64,000 nt of DNA from Bdellovibrionales bacterium (lineage in GTDB: Bacteria; Bdellovibrionota; Bdellovibrionia; Bdellovibrionales; JAUICD01), in contig OZ253553.1 in assembly GCA_965262715.1 (NCBI GenBank), positions 704,001 through 768,000 on the forward strand, written 5' to 3'. A model generated the notes under the pieces. It did no database searches. It had not been told where the DNA came from and was given only the letters and a program-made list of their open reading frames with translations. Both the position numbers and the translations under genes were made by a program. The stretch's first letter is position 1; every line of letters begins with the position of its first letter. Of the stretch, positions 1 to 11,710 are shown in pieces.

Positions 1-153
1 CTTTGGTTTGATGAATTAGGTAATTACCGCGTACATACAAATGGCTGTGAGAATAAAGCTAAAGATAATAAAATGTGATTCTATAAAACTTTATTTAATT
101 AAGAGTTAAAGTTTTTACCTAGTTTTTGTAAAAAAGATATTTATGGAGGTAAT

Positions 154-1317
154 ATGAAAGGTCTCATAGATGATATAGAATTTATGAGTAGTTATCATAT
201 TGCTATTATACTTTTAAGTATTTGTATAAGCGCGTGCACGCCGCGATCTGAAATGTTATTTTTAGATCCTTATAATGCTATTATTTCCGCCACTTCAGTT
301 CATCAACAAAAGAGCTTTGCCTTAGATGTTCTTTTTGTTGTTGAAAGTTCAAATAATAATTTTTCAAATAAGAAGATTTTAAATGAACATATAGGATATT
401 TTCTAAGAGTTTTACTCTCTCAGAAAAAAGTGATTGATTTTCATGTGGGATTTACTCTGGCATCTGCAAGTCTAGATTTTAGAAATCGGGCAGGTGGTTT
501 TGAGTTTTTTATGAATGAAAATTTAGATGAGATGTTTCCTTCTGATATATTTTATGTAGAAACTGTTCAAAATGTTTTAGAAACAGATGGTATTAATAAT
601 CAAAGTTTTTTTGATGGGGTTTTAAGAGTATTGAGTTCTAACAACGCTATAGAAAATGGATTTTACAGGGATGAAGCAGACTTGCTGCTTGTGTTTATAG
701 GAGAAGACGATCAAAGTGATAATATGAATGCAAAGAGTTTAAGTCAAGAACTCTTAGAATTAAAAAAATATGAAAAAGATAAAGTGAATGTTTTGTCTAT
801 TTACCCTATTGTGAACAAATGTCCTTCATCAGAAAATTTAAGTGTAAGGAATATCAAAGAACTTACAAGAATACTTAATGGTCATGTCCTTCATCTATGT
901 GCTCCAATATTCGATAAATTACTGCAAGCTGCTCAAATAATCTATCAAAATGTAGCTTCTATACCTTTAACAAGAATACCTCTTTTGGAAACAGTAGCTC
1001 TTTGTCATGGTTCTAACACGATTTCTCAAGGCACTTTTGAAGGCTGGGTTTATTTACCACAAAGCAATAAAATTGCTTTAGCCTGGGATGTTTATTTTAA
1101 TTCTTCTTTTGATGATTCAGACGATCGACTTAATCTCCAAAGCACAAGGGACTCTAATTTTAGATTGTCTTGTAAGTCAAATAGATCATCAATAGATACC
1201 TCACCTCATTTATTTGACTTAACCTATATGTCGGCTTCTCCTTCTCACATCGCTAAAAACCTTTTATCTCTTAAAGAAAAGCCTGCCTCTGTTCCTTCAG
1301 AAGAAGGAAAAAAATAG
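154..1317 (+). CDS. vWA-like domain lipoprotein (Bdellovibrio-type); start may be ATG 184
   Basis: Hydrophobic leader ending ISAC. LDVLFVVESS (degenerate MIDAS) and GFYRDEADLLLVFIGEDDQS motifs. Confidence 0.55.
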   Translation: MKGLIDDIEFMSSYHIAIILLSICISACTPRSEMLFLDPYNAIISATSVHQQKSFALDVLFVVESSNNNFSNKKILNEHIGYFLRVLLSQKKVIDFHVGFTLASASLDFRNRAGGFEFFMNENLDEMFPSDIFYVETVQNVLETDGINNQSFFDGVLRVLSSNNAIENGFYRDEADLLLVFIGEDDQSDNMNAKSLSQELLELKKYEKDKVNVLSIYPIVNKCPSSENLSVRNIKELTRILNGHVLHLCAPIFDKLLQAAQIIYQNVASIPLTRIPLLETVALCHGSNTISQGTFEGWVYLPQSNKIALAWDVYFNSSFDDSDDRLNLQSTRDSNFRLSCKSNRSSIDTSPHLFDLTYMSASPSHIAKNLLSLKEKPASVPSEEGKK

Positions 1318-1377
1318 AAGATAATAAGTATTGTCAATAGAAGCAATAAAGAGTATGAATGGTAATAATAATAATAA

Positions 1378-1463
1378 GGAGAGATACCTAAGTGGCCAAC
1401 GGGGGCAGACTGTAAATCTGCTGGCTTTTGCCTTCGGAGGTTCGAATCCTCCTCTCTCCACCA
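1378..1463 (+). tRNA. tRNA-Tyr(GTA)
   Basis: Acceptor GGAGAGA/TCTCTCC, anticodon arm GCAGA-CTGTAAA-TCTGC, long variable arm, GGTTCGAATCC, encoded CCA. Confidence 0.97.
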
Positions 1464-1492
1464 TTTTTACTGTTAAAACAATAAAGGCATAT

Positions 1493-2257
1493 ATGGATCA
1501 GGAAGTTAACACAGGTTATAGAAATCAAAAAAGAGGTGATAGAACACAAAGTCAAATTTTAAAATCCGTTTTGAAGGAGGCAAGTCAGGCAGATGCAGGG
1601 CTTGCTATTTTTGATTTAGATTCAACCCTTATAGATGTTCGACATCGAATGCTCCAGATTTTCAAAGATTTTGTGAATTTAGAGAGAATAAAAAAACTCT
1701 TTCCAAAGGCATTTGATGTGATTTCCAGCACATCATCTTTACTTCCTAGTAATTATTTTATTGAAGATCATATGAAGGATTTAAATTTAGATGGTTTAGG
1801 GGATGTTTTTATTGAGGAGCTTTTAAAGTTTTGGAAACAAAGTTTTTTTAATAACGATTATTTGAAACATGATCTTCCTTATCCTGGAGCTTTAGATTTT
1901 GTAAAGAAGATGCAAGATTATCCTATTAAAATTGTTTACTTAACAGGAAGAGATAAGCCAAGAATGGAAGAAGGAACTTACAAAAGTTTATTAAATCTAG
2001 GTTTTCCTATAGATGATACGCAGTTAATTCTTAAACCTCACAAGTCGATGGATGATGCTCTTTATAAAAAAGAAGTGATTTTTGAGTTTGATAAAAAACA
2101 TCAGCCTATTTGGTTTTTTGAAAATGAACCTTTTGTTGTCAATCCTGTTTTTGAAGAAGCTCCACATATCAATGTGATTTTTTTTGATAGCAATCACTCT
2201 CAAAGAGAAAAAGCTGCTAATTGCAAAATACCTTCTATCAAGTCTTTTTTATATTAG
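1493..2257 (+). CDS. HAD-superfamily hydrolase/phosphatase
   Basis: IFDLDSTL motif I, YLTGR motif II. Start moved to in-frame ATG 1493 because the longer ORF overlaps tRNA-Tyr. Confidence 0.8.
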   Translation: MDQEVNTGYRNQKRGDRTQSQILKSVLKEASQADAGLAIFDLDSTLIDVRHRMLQIFKDFVNLERIKKLFPKAFDVISSTSSLLPSNYFIEDHMKDLNLDGLGDVFIEELLKFWKQSFFNNDYLKHDLPYPGALDFVKKMQDYPIKIVYLTGRDKPRMEEGTYKSLLNLGFPIDDTQLILKPHKSMDDALYKKEVIFEFDKKHQPIWFFENEPFVVNPVFEEAPHINVIFFDSNHSQREKAANCKIPSIKSFLY

Positions 2258-2342
2258 AGATTGATTATTTATGTAATAAGTTCATTTTTAGGAATATCTA
2301 TGCATATTTTAAAGAGAATTTAAAAGAGTATGAGAAAAATAC

Positions 2343-2371
2343 TTGACCAATGTTTATACACTGTATATACT
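2343..2371 (+). promoter_or_regulatory. sigma70 promoter of mazEF with overlapping operator palindrome
   Basis: TTGACC-17 nt-TATACT. Palindrome TATACA-C-TGTATA at 2355-2367. Confidence 0.75.
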
Positions 2372-2392
2372 TTATTTAGAAGAGGTATCGGC

Positions 2393-2632
2393 ATGGCTTT
2401 GAAGAAGTTACAAAAATGGGGAAATTCCATAGGTGTTCGAATTTCTAAATCTGTTATTCAAAAATTGAATTTAGAGGTTGGCTCTGAAATTGAAATAGAA
2501 CCTAAAAATGGAAGAATCATTATTACTCCATTGCAGAAAAAGCTTGTTCTTAATGACTTACTTTCTCAGGTCAATAAAGATAACCTTCACTCAGAGGAAG
2601 ACTTTGTTGCAGAAGGTCGAGAGATATGGTAA
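2393..2632 (+). CDS. mazE: MazE/AbrB-family antitoxin
   Basis: QKWGNSIGVRI motif, ends GREIW, AGAGG RBS, TAATG overlap with the toxin. Confidence 0.92.
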   Translation: MALKKLQKWGNSIGVRISKSVIQKLNLEVGSEIEIEPKNGRIIITPLQKKLVLNDLLSQVNKDNLHSEEDFVAEGREIW

Positions 2633-2961
2633 TGTCTTATATTCCAGCTAGAGGTGATTTAGTTTGGTTGAATTTTTCTCCACAAGTTGGATATGAGCAG
2701 AGGGGTAAGAGGCCAGCTATTGTGATTTCACCTAAGGTGTACAATCAAAAAACAGGTCTGGCATTATGTTGCCCTATATCTTCTCATAAAAAAGGTTATC
2801 CATTTGAAGTTCAGGTTTCTGCTAAAAAGATAAATGGTGTGATATTAGCTGACCATTTGAAAAACTTAGATTGGAAGGCAAGGAAAATAAAATTTATAGA
2901 AAGGGTTAGCTCTAAAGTCATTAGAGAGTGTATTGAAAAAATATTAGTCTTATTAAATTAA
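2632..2961 (+). CDS. mazF: MazF/PemK endoribonuclease toxin
   Basis: YIPARGDLVWLNFSPQVGYEQRGKRPA, KGYPFEV and LDWKAR motifs. Confidence 0.95.
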   Translation: MSYIPARGDLVWLNFSPQVGYEQRGKRPAIVISPKVYNQKTGLALCCPISSHKKGYPFEVQVSAKKINGVILADHLKNLDWKARKIKFIERVSSKVIRECIEKILVLLN

Positions 2962-3084
2962 AGGCCTTATTGAAAAGGGTTAAAATATATATTTTATCTT
3001 GTTGCATAGAAGATATTCTATAGAGCCGACAGTAGGTTCTTAAAGCCTGTTACAAATCCTATATAGTTCTATAATGACATTTTC

Positions 3085-3186
3085 TGTCTTGAAATTTTGA
3101 GTTTAGTTCATAATACCTTAAGTTTTATTAAAACTAAGTTTCTAATGTATGGAGTTATCAAGGATTCCTTTGGTATGATATTTGCT
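3085..3186 (+). promoter_or_regulatory. Putative sigma54 promoter with upstream motif, paralogous to 5186-5297
   Basis: TGGTATGATATTTGCT (GG-N10-GC) at 3171-3186. TGTCTTGAAATTTTGAGTTT at 3085 also occurs at 5186. Confidence 0.55.
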
Positions 3187-3213
3187 AAGATTTAATAGTG
3201 CGTAACTTCAAAT

Positions 3214-3528
3214 CAAGTTATAAACGGACCTATAAAATCATGTATATCTATAGATGCTTTAGGTATATTCAGAGAAGCGGTTGCAGAAATATCTGATCAG
3301 GTATCGCTTGGTAGAAATTATATTGAAGAGAATCTTGAGAAGCTTTATACAGAACTTTTTTCAAAAAACAAATTTTATGATTATGATGAGTTACACTATG
3401 AGGATGGTCATACACAATACACAGAAGTAGAGGATTTAAGTGAGTTTACTACTGTTGTAAATAATGATTTAATAGCTATTAAGCAAAAACTTCAACAACT
3501 TGCCAGAGATCAACAACAAAATCTTTAA
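3214..3528 (+). pseudogene. 3' remnant of an HExxH metalloprotease paralog
   Basis: Encodes YIEENLEKLYTELFSK...TEVEDLSEFTTVVNNDLIAIKQKLQQLARDQQQNL*, nearly identical to the end of 7592-8065. Confidence 0.85.
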
Positions 3529-3648
3529 TGATGCTTAGGCTTTGTTGCACAAACATTACCTTAGTTTATGTATTAGAGATTTGTGATAGGTGTCTTGAAG
3601 CAGCGGGCATGTACCTCTTGTGCCTTCTATTGCTTTCATTTTATGATT

Positions 3649-4515
3649 TCATTTTTTTACTTCTTCTGTGAGTTTATAAACTTGTGAGCGAGTTAATGTG
3701 CTTTGAGGAGATAGCTGTTGAGCAATCTCTTTAGAAGACTTATTTTGTTCTATCAATTGATGGATGTATTTTTTGATTTCTTCTTCGTTAAGTTTTTTTA
3801 GTTGAGGTGGACTATAAATAATAACAAACTCTCCTTTTGACTTTTGATTTAAAAACCCATCTTCAAAGTTGTCATAGAGATTTATCTCTTCAAAAGGTTT
3901 TGTTAGTTCTCTTTGAATACAGACAGACCGATTGGAAAAATACTTTTGGGCAGATTTTAAATGCTCTAATAATCTATGAGGTGATTCAAAAGCAACTAAA
4001 CTACAATTGTATGAGCTAATAGTTTGAAAAAGTTCATCGCGTTGTTTAGCTTTTTTAAGTGGAAAACCCATAAAATAATGATGATTGGATTGAAAAGGGG
4101 ATATAGACAGGGCTGCTGTTAAGGCAGAGGCTCCTGGGATAGGAATAACAGAGATGTTGTTTTGATAACATTGCATGATGATTTTGTATCCAGGGTCACT
4201 GATCTGGGGTGTTCCGGCCTCTGACACAAGAGCAACATCTTTTTTTGATTGCAGAGTTTGAAGCAGAAATGGAGCTTGACGAGCCTCATTGTATTTATGA
4301 TAGCTAATAATTTTTTGATGAGATGAGTTAGGCTTTGTTTGAGATTTAAAAGAATTTACAATTGACTGATGCTGGTTATAAAGTTTTTGAAAGCTTCTTG
4401 TATCTTCTGCCGCAATGATATCTACTTGACTTAAAATACGTAAAGCCCTTAAAGAGATATCTTCAATATGCCCTATAGGCAGTCCTACTACAAAGAGGTT
4501 TCCATTTGTGTCCAT
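3649..4515 (-). CDS. rsmI: 16S rRNA C1402 2'-O-methyltransferase
   Basis: PIGHIEDISLRAL, AAEDTR, SEAGTPQISDPG, FESPHR and RELTKPFEE motifs. Confidence 0.93.
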   Translation of the reverse strand: MDTNGNLFVVGLPIGHIEDISLRALRILSQVDIIAAEDTRSFQKLYNQHQSIVNSFKSQTKPNSSHQKIISYHKYNEARQAPFLLQTLQSKKDVALVSEAGTPQISDPGYKIIMQCYQNNISVIPIPGASALTAALSISPFQSNHHYFMGFPLKKAKQRDELFQTISSYNCSLVAFESPHRLLEHLKSAQKYFSNRSVCIQRELTKPFEEINLYDNFEDGFLNQKSKGEFVIIYSPPQLKKLNEEEIKKYIHQLIEQNKSSKEIAQQLSPQSTLTRSQVYKLTEEVKK

Positions 4516-4832
4516 AGGGTGGAACTTATAACAGTATTTATTCTATTATACAAGGAAAGTTGATTTAAGAGCTAAGTCATGGTCTTTTCGACTTCACTCT
4601 TGTGATTCACTATTAATATGATATAGATCATCATTTGGCTTTTTCTAATAATAAACCGAGCTTTTTATTTGTCTCTTTTATGTCATTTCTCAAGTCGTCA
4701 ATCTTCTTATCTGTATCAGTGACATGATAAATTGATTTCTCTCTCTTTAGATTTATTGATAGCTTGCAGATATATAGTCGTTTTGTGCCTTGTTGTATAA
4801 ATATTTGGATGTGTTAGTTTAGAGGCTTGCCA

Positions 4833-4992
4833 TAAGTGGCTTTTGACAGGCTTCTTCACTAGCAGCAGGCACCCCCCGAGCATTGAGTTTTCATTATTTT
4901 TATAATTGATTATAGAATAAAATTTCTTTTAAAATCTTTGTCTCATAATGCTCTGGCCTGAGCTAGTTCACAAGCCTGCCAAAAGCCACTTA
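4833..4992. repeat. Palindromic element with AT-rich loop, copy 1 (others 54881-55045, 58436-58590)
   Basis: Terminal IR TAAGTGGCTTTTGACAGGCTT / AAGCCTGCCAAAAGCCACTTA. Shared core TTATAGAATAAAAT. Confidence 0.75.
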
Positions 4993-5185
4993 CTTATGAC
5001 ACCCTATGGTAACTTTCATACATTTACTTCTAAGATCAATATTTATGCAATAGTGCCGTTGTTTTGTGGATGTTGGAGCTAATCAATATAATTGGCAACA
5101 CCAAGTCCCATAACAAACAAACTGGGAATGACATATAGATTTAGAAATAGAATATTTAAAAAAATAGTTTTTTAGGGATGTTTTT

Positions 5186-5297
5186 TGTCTTGAAATTTTG
5201 AGTTTATTATTATTATTCTTATAAAGGATTAGATGTTATCAAAAATTAGGGACTTGATGTGTAAATTTATTGAATATTCCCTGGAATTATATTTGCT
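5186..5297 (+). promoter_or_regulatory. Putative sigma54 promoter of the metalloprotease gene
   Basis: TGGAATTATATTTGCT (GG-N10-GC) at 5282-5297. Upstream motif shared with 3085. Confidence 0.6.
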
Positions 5298-5901
5298 TAG
5301 ATTCAATAATATTTATTTAGGGTAAGGATGTGTATTATGTTAAAATATCTACCAGTTTTATTTACATTAATTTTATTGTCAAACACAGCTCTGAGCATTG
5401 AGGTAACTGAGCAGGAACTTGACCAATTTGTTCATAGATACTTAAATAATCATCTTAAAGATCATGACCAACATTGCCATGATGGGTACTGTTATCTTAG
5501 TACTTCACGTGGAAATATAGATGTATATTGGCGTAACTATGGGGATGAAGAAGATATAAGCAATCAAGAAGATACGAATGATAAAGAAGATATGAACGAT
5601 AAAGAAGATGTAAGCAATCATAATAGAATTAAAATAGAAATAGATAGAGCGCAAGAAATTGTCAAAGTGTTATTAAGGCAACATTTAGATTTGTTTGATT
5701 ATTTATCGGAGATTACAACACATCCTGAACTCCTACCTTATCTTGAAAAATATAAAGCTTTAAAAATGAGATTTACCTCAAAGCTTTTACCAACAAGTCT
5801 TAAAATAATTCTTGTTGGAAATCAGCATATTCCTCCTCATATTATTGAAAAGGGTGCCGGTGTAGCTCGCTGTGATTTTACAGAAGGTATAGTGTTAATT
5901 A

Positions 5902-7591
5902 CCTGACTTCGTGATTAAAGATATACACTACATTGCTTTTTTTTGATAAGCCTTGATATTTATCTTACAAAGCCCTTATATTTTAATAAGTTAAGCTATT
6001 TTAAAAAAAAAGTATATTTTTTAAAAAAGCTTGATTTTATGTTTGTAGTGTATAATATATACACTATGAGTTTTATAAGGAAAATTAAAAAAGGAAAAAA
6101 GATTTATCTAGCTGAGGTTGAAAACGAAAGAGTCAAAGGTAAGATTGTGCAAAGACACCTTCGTTATGTTGGAAAGATGGTGGATGATCAAACAGTGATA
6201 TCTACTTCTTCCAAAGACTTGCAAGTTGATAGTGTCAAGGTCTATGGACCTTTACTGGTTTTAAACAGGATTGCCAATAAAATACAGCTTTCAAAAATCT
6301 TAGGAAAATACTCAAATGAGATATTAAGCATGGTTTATGCTCATTGTTTAAACTATAAAAGCGTCAATAATATGCCTGATTGGTTTGCTAGAACAGACTT
6401 AAATGCTCTCTTAAACTTAGAAAATCTAACAGAAAGCCGACTACTTTCAGCATTTGACAGCTTGACTGAGGAAAAAATAGAAGCTCATCAAAGAAATATA
6501 TTTAATAGTGTTAAGAAAAAGTACAAATTATCTTCACGCGGGATTGTTTATGATGTGACCAACACATACCTTTATGGCACAAAATGTCAAATAGCCAAAT
6601 TAGGAAAAAGCAAAGATGGCAAAAAAGAAAGGCCATTGATTCAAATAGGTTTAGCTATAACACAGAAAGAGGGTATTCCTGTTTTCCATAAGACGTTCGA
6701 TGGCAATATCCATGATAGTAAGACTTTATTGGCTCTTGTGAAGCATTTTTCTGATTATGATCTTCATTCAGGGATTTTTATTTATGATCGTGGAGTGACG
6801 TCTGCAAAGAACTTGAAGTACATAGGAGGTTTAGGTTGGCAAACACTGTGTGGTCTTCCTATTAAATCAAAAGAGAAGGCTATCATCAAAAAGCTTTTGA
6901 AAGGTCATTCATTAGCAAAGATGTCAAATAGAGTTGTCATCAATAAAAGCAGTTTTTATGTGGAAACTGTCAATTATGAGTTTAGTGGTATAAAAGGGAA
7001 ATTGGCAATATGTTACAATGAGCGTAGGAAAGTAGATTTAAAGGAGTCTCGATATGATGAGATTTCACATGCTCAGAATTTACTTTCTCAAAACAAAGTC
7101 ATAAAAAGAGGACTGAAAAAATACCTAACCCCATCTGGTAGGATCCGACATGAAGAATTAGCAAAAGCAGAAGAGTTTGATGGCTATTCCTGTATCTTTT
7201 CCACAAAACATATTCCAAAGCAAGAGATGATAAGCTTATATTTTGACAAGGATATAGTGGAAAGGGCTTTTAAAACTCTCAAAGGGATCACTCATTTACG
7301 TCCTATTCGTCATTGGCTTTACAATAGAGTCATAGGCCATGTCTTCATTTGTTATCTCTCTTATCTTTTACTGTCCATTTTAAAGTTGAGTTTAAAAAAA
7401 CTTAATATCTCATCTGAAAAAGCTCTGACTGACTTAGAAAGTATGCATAAAGTTTATTTGTATGACAAAAGAAAAAAATATAAATTTGTTAAAACTGTTG
7501 CATTAACAAAACATCAAGAGAAACTCCTCAAAACAATAGACCCTAAATTAATTGCAGATGTGTAGTGTATACTTATGACCACGAAATCAGG
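5902..7591 (+). mobile_element. IS1634-family insertion sequence
   Basis: 31-bp imperfect IRs (CCTGACTTCGTG...TATACACTACA) and 7-bp direct repeat TTAATTA. Confidence 0.9.
6067..7565 (+). CDS. IS1634-family DDE transposase
   Basis: MSFIRKIKKG start, YDVTNTY, GKSKDGK, YDRG, VERAFKTLK and LRPIRHW motifs. Confidence 0.9.
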
Positions 7592-8065
7592 TTAATTAAT
7601 GTGAATAGCTGGAATAGTTGTATGAAATTTGATGATGTATTTAGTGAATTTCTTATTTTTCATGAAATAGCACATTGTGATTTAAAAAGAGTACATAATG
7701 ATGATGGAGGGGATAATGTTCTTTCTTTTATGGACCAATTTTTAATAGGACATTCTTTAAAGCAAGTTATAAACGGACCTATAGAATTGTGTGAGTCTAT
7801 AGATGCCTTGGATGTATTCAAAAAAATGTCTGATCCAGCATCTTTTAATAGAGATTATATTGAAGACAACTTTGAAGAGCTTTATACAGAACTTTTTTCA
7901 AAAGATAAGTTTTATGATTATGATGAGTCACATTATGAAGATGATCATACACAATATACAGAAGTAGAAGATTTAAGTGAATTTACCACTGTTGTAAATA
8001 ATGATTTAATAGCTATTAAGCAAAAACTTCAACGACTTGCCAGAGACCAACAACAAAATCTTTGA

Positions 8066-9476
8066 TGAGGTTTATATTAGAAGCCATCTCACAAATAAAT
8101 ATTTGCATTTTACAACATTCCTATTCCGGGATCTGGCAGTCAGGTAATCTGACATCAATATCAGACATTATTATTCGCGTTCCACCTTTGTGTTTGAAAG
8201 CGCTTTATGCTGACTACCCAAAAACTGCTAGAAGCTCGCCTCGAGAGGTAGGTTTATTTTTAGGGAAATGAAGGGGATTGTGAAACAAGCAATCTGAAAA
8301 TCAAAATTACATCACTATGCTTTGGTAACATATATTCTGAGGTAATTCGAGATATATGGAACAATCATAATGGAATTAAAATAAAAATAAAAACAGATAA
8401 AGCGCAAGAAATTGTCAAAACCTCTTTAAGACAACATTTAGATTTATTTGATCATTTATCAGAGATATCAACACATCCTGAAGTTTTGCCATACCTTGAA
8501 AGATATGAAACCTTAAAAATGAGGTTTGCCTTAAAGCCTTTGTCACTGGATCTTAAAATAATTCTTGTTGGGAATCAGCATATCTCTCCTCATTTTCTTG
8601 AAAGTAGCTATGGTGTAGCTCGGTGTGATTTTACAGAAGGTATAGTCCTCATCAATACAAACAGTTGGAATAGCTGTATAAAACATGATGATATTTTCAG
8701 TGAAATTCTTATTTTTCATGAAATGGCACATTGTGATTTAAGAAGAATGCATGATGATAAGAATGATGAAAATATCCCCTCTTTTATGGACCAACTTTTA
8801 GTAAATGATTTTATGAATCAAAGTTTAAATGGGCCTATAGAGTCATGTAAGTCTATGGATGCCTTAAATTTATTCGAAATGTTTGAGCAACAACCATATT
8901 TTGATAGAAATTATATCTTTGATAGAAATTATATTGAAGACAACCTTGAACAACTTTATGCAGAAATTTTTTCAAGAGATGACTTTTATTCTTATAAGGA
9001 AACGGAAGTGATGAGTAATGGTGATATTCATGATACTTATACAGAAGTAGAAGATTTAAGTGAATTCACCACAGTTGTAAATAATGATTTAATAGCTATT
9101 AAGCAAAAACTTCAACGACTTGCCAGAGATCAACAACAAAATCTTTGATGAGGTTTATATTAGAAGCCATCTCACAAATAAATATTTGCATTTTACAACA
9201 TCTCTATTCCGGGATTTAGCAGCCAGGTAATCTGACATCAGTATCAGGCATTATCATTCGCGTTCCACCTTTGTGTTTGAAAGCACTTTATGCTGAATGC
9301 CAAATAATATAAGAAGTGTAAAAGCCAATGATAAGAATGAGAAGAGACACGTCTCGAGAGGCTCGCCTCGAGAGGCAGGTTCATTTTTAGGGAAATGAAG
9401 GGGATTGTGAAACAAGCAATCTGAAAATCAAAATTATATCACTACGCTTTGGTAACATATATTCTGAGGTAATTCG
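8066..9476 (+). repeat. Duplicated spacer (8066-8349 ~ 9149-9476) following both metalloprotease copies
   Basis: Near-identical sequence. The second copy has ~45 extra bp. Identity extends ~110 bp into the gene 3' ends. Confidence 0.85.
8351..9148 (+). pseudogene. 5'-truncated HExxH metalloprotease paralog
   Basis: Homology to the 5328 gene starts abruptly at ~8351. No signal peptide. FHEMAHCDLRRMH motif. Confidence 0.75.
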
Positions 9477-9566
9477 TGAGATAATTCGCATTATATTACT
9501 TGACTTTAGTTAAGAAAAGTGTTGCTATCCTATTTTTAATCTCAAATCAAATTCAAAGGGATTTTT

Positions 9567-10118
9567 ATGAAACAATCGACTTTTAATTTAATAATAATGA
9601 TAGGATTTTTAGCAGTGATTACAGTTGCTTGTAATTTTAATTTTCAAAGACTTGAACCTACTCAAGTGGATTATACTTTAGATGAGGAATGTGATCGTAA
9701 TACTGTATCTTACCTTAGTAATGAAGAATTACCAGTACTTCAATATAACCTAGATCAACCATCTAATTATAGACTCACTGTTATAGAAGAGGGTTTTTAT
9801 CTTTTTCATAATGAATTTGTAGAACTTATAAACATAAATTTAGAAATAAATATAGGACATGGTACTCAAATTAGTGTTACTCAGTATAAGGAAGACTTTA
9901 TAAATAATCGTCCTAATGCATTAGTGAAATTTCAAAGAATAGATGAGGTTGAAGATGATAGTGATGTGGAGGTACGCCTAGTTCATCAAGAATTAAGTGA
10001 TGATGTAATTGCTGCAGCATTTATGATTTCTGATAGGAAAAATAATTGCGAAGATTCTTTGGACGTTTCTATCTCAAGAGATACTCTTCTTTTAAGAAAT
10101 GTTTTTATGGTAAGATAA
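9567..10118 (+). CDS. Hypothetical lipoprotein
   Basis: Signal peptide with lipobox-like TVAC. Confidence 0.65.
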   Translation: MKQSTFNLIIMIGFLAVITVACNFNFQRLEPTQVDYTLDEECDRNTVSYLSNEELPVLQYNLDQPSNYRLTVIEEGFYLFHNEFVELININLEINIGHGTQISVTQYKEDFINNRPNALVKFQRIDEVEDDSDVEVRLVHQELSDDVIAAAFMISDRKNNCEDSLDVSISRDTLLLRNVFMVR

Positions 10119-10611
10119 TCTTTAAAAAACAAATCAATATAAATTTGTAGCTCCTATTACACTTTATCAAAGTATAAGGAAGCCTTAAAACCATGTTGAA
10201 TTAGAACTTTAAATGTTTTTATATAAAAAAAATATGAAGATGTTCTTGAGAGCAATTTTTATCGGTGAAGTTTAGCATTGTGGACAAAACTTGACCATGG
10301 CATCTTATTTGTCTTTAATTAAGTGAATTTTTTATTATAGGGGATTTGTCATGAAATTTAAATTGATATTACTCACATTTTTATTTATTTTTATTTCTCA
10401 ACCTGTATTTGCTCAAAATTATGATCATGAATTAGCAATGGCTAGTGAGAAACTTGATGCATGTTATTCTTCGTAACTTCAAATCGCAAGTGCAACTCTT
10501 TTGTGTTTATAGATATTTTTAAAAGTTGTATCACTTTAGGATTAATATTCCAACAAAGTTTTAATTATCATGAAAGATTATAGTAAATTATTTAATTTGA
10601 ATGAATGTATT

Positions 10612-10687
10612 TTGATGTTTATGGCAAAGTCTCGTAGTCCTCGAGCTAAAGCTCTGCGGAAGAACGATCCTTTGCCATAAACATCAA
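10612..10687. repeat. 76-nt hairpin element, copy 1 (copy 2 at 51018-51093)
   Basis: 18-bp perfect stem TTGATGTTTATGGCAAAG / CTTTGCCATAAACATCAA plus an inner hairpin. Confidence 0.8.
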
Positions 10688-10756
10688 GCTGTCAAATAAG
10701 CATCTTCAGAAGTTATTATATATAAGTAAAATTAAATGGATAAACTATGAATAACT

Positions 10757-11710
10757 TCAGCAAACCATCTTTTGTCTATGAAACTCATTAGGGGTTAGAA
10801 AACCTAAACTCTTTCGAGGGCGATGGTTTAAAAGAGACTCAACCTTTTTTACATCCTTAGAGGTGACTTCTCTAAAATCTGTCTTCTTTGGAAAATACTG
10901 ACGGATTAAACCATTCGTGTTCTCATTTAAACCTCTCTGATATGAACTGTAAGGATGTGCAAAATAAACTTTACATCCAGTATATTCACTGATCTTCTCA
11001 TGACACGAAAACTCTTTACCATTATCCAAAGTCATTGTATGAACAACCTCTCCTTTAAGAGCTTTAGAAATAGCATGAAAAACTGCCTCAGATCTCTTAG
11101 ATTCTATTTTGACAATCCTCGTCTTCTTAGAACATCTATCTACCAGTGTGACTAAAGCTCCTTTATGATGTCTACCTATCATTAGATCACCTTCCCAGTC
11201 TCCTATCCGACTCTTCTTATCTACTATCTTAGGCCTTTTATCAATGCTCACTCTATTCTTTATCTGACCCCTTTTATCAAATCTACTTGTACCATATCGC
11301 TTCTTGCGTTGCCTCTGACATCTTAAAAATTTGTAGAGATCTCCTCCTGATTGCTTATCTCCAAGAATATGCTGATAAATACTCTCATGACTTATAGACA
11401 AACCTTTTGGTTTAAGAAAACCGGATATTTGTTCCGGACTCAAACGTTCACAAAGAAACCTCTCAAGCTTATTAATGACTTTTTGTGTTATCTTTATATG
11501 TCTATGAGAGTTTTGAAGACGATCGACTGCTTTTTCATGGGCTTGTTGAGGACGATAACCTCGCAAACCTTTGTTGCGATTCAATTCCCTATATATGGTG
11601 CTTTTATCTCGACCTACCTGAGTAGCAATTGAACTTATTGATTTTCCACTTTGCAAAAAAGCTAAAATCTGGTATCTCTCATGTTGGGTTAGATGAGTGT
11701 AATTGCTCAT
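10757..11710 (-). CDS. IS30-family transposase
   Basis: HLTQHERYQI, STIYRELNRN, GDWEGD, DNGKEF, ENTNGLIRQYFPK and RPRKSL motifs. Confidence 0.96.
   Translation of the reverse strand: MSNYTHLTQHERYQILAFLQSGKSISSIATQVGRDKSTIYRELNRNKGLRGYRPQQAHEKAVDRLQNSHRHIKITQKVINKLERFLCERLSPEQISGFLKPKGLSISHESIYQHILGDKQSGGDLYKFLRCQRQRKKRYGTSRFDKRGQIKNRVSIDKRPKIVDKKSRIGDWEGDLMIGRHHKGALVTLVDRCSKKTRIVKIESKRSEAVFHAISKALKGEVVHTMTLDNGKEFSCHEKISEYTGCKVYFAHPYSSYQRGLNENTNGLIRQYFPKKTDFREVTSKDVKKVESLLNHRPRKSLGFLTPNEFHRQKMVC

Larger units (their letters stand above)
5328..8065 (+). pseudogene. Secreted HExxH zinc metalloprotease-like gene split by an IS (5328-5901 + 7599-8065)
   Basis: Removing the IS and one TTAATTA restores GIVLINVNSW, matching the paralog GIVLINTNSW. 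FHEIAHCDLKRVH motif and signal peptide. Confidence 0.88.

Noticed and set aside
1331..1492. N-terminal part of ORF 1331-2257
   Set aside because: Overlaps tRNA-Tyr; ATG 1493 is the more plausible start.
5549..5621. Four 18-bp in-frame repeats (EDISNQ/EDTNDK/EDMNDK/EDVSNH)
   Set aside because: Real, but an ordinary low-complexity linker.
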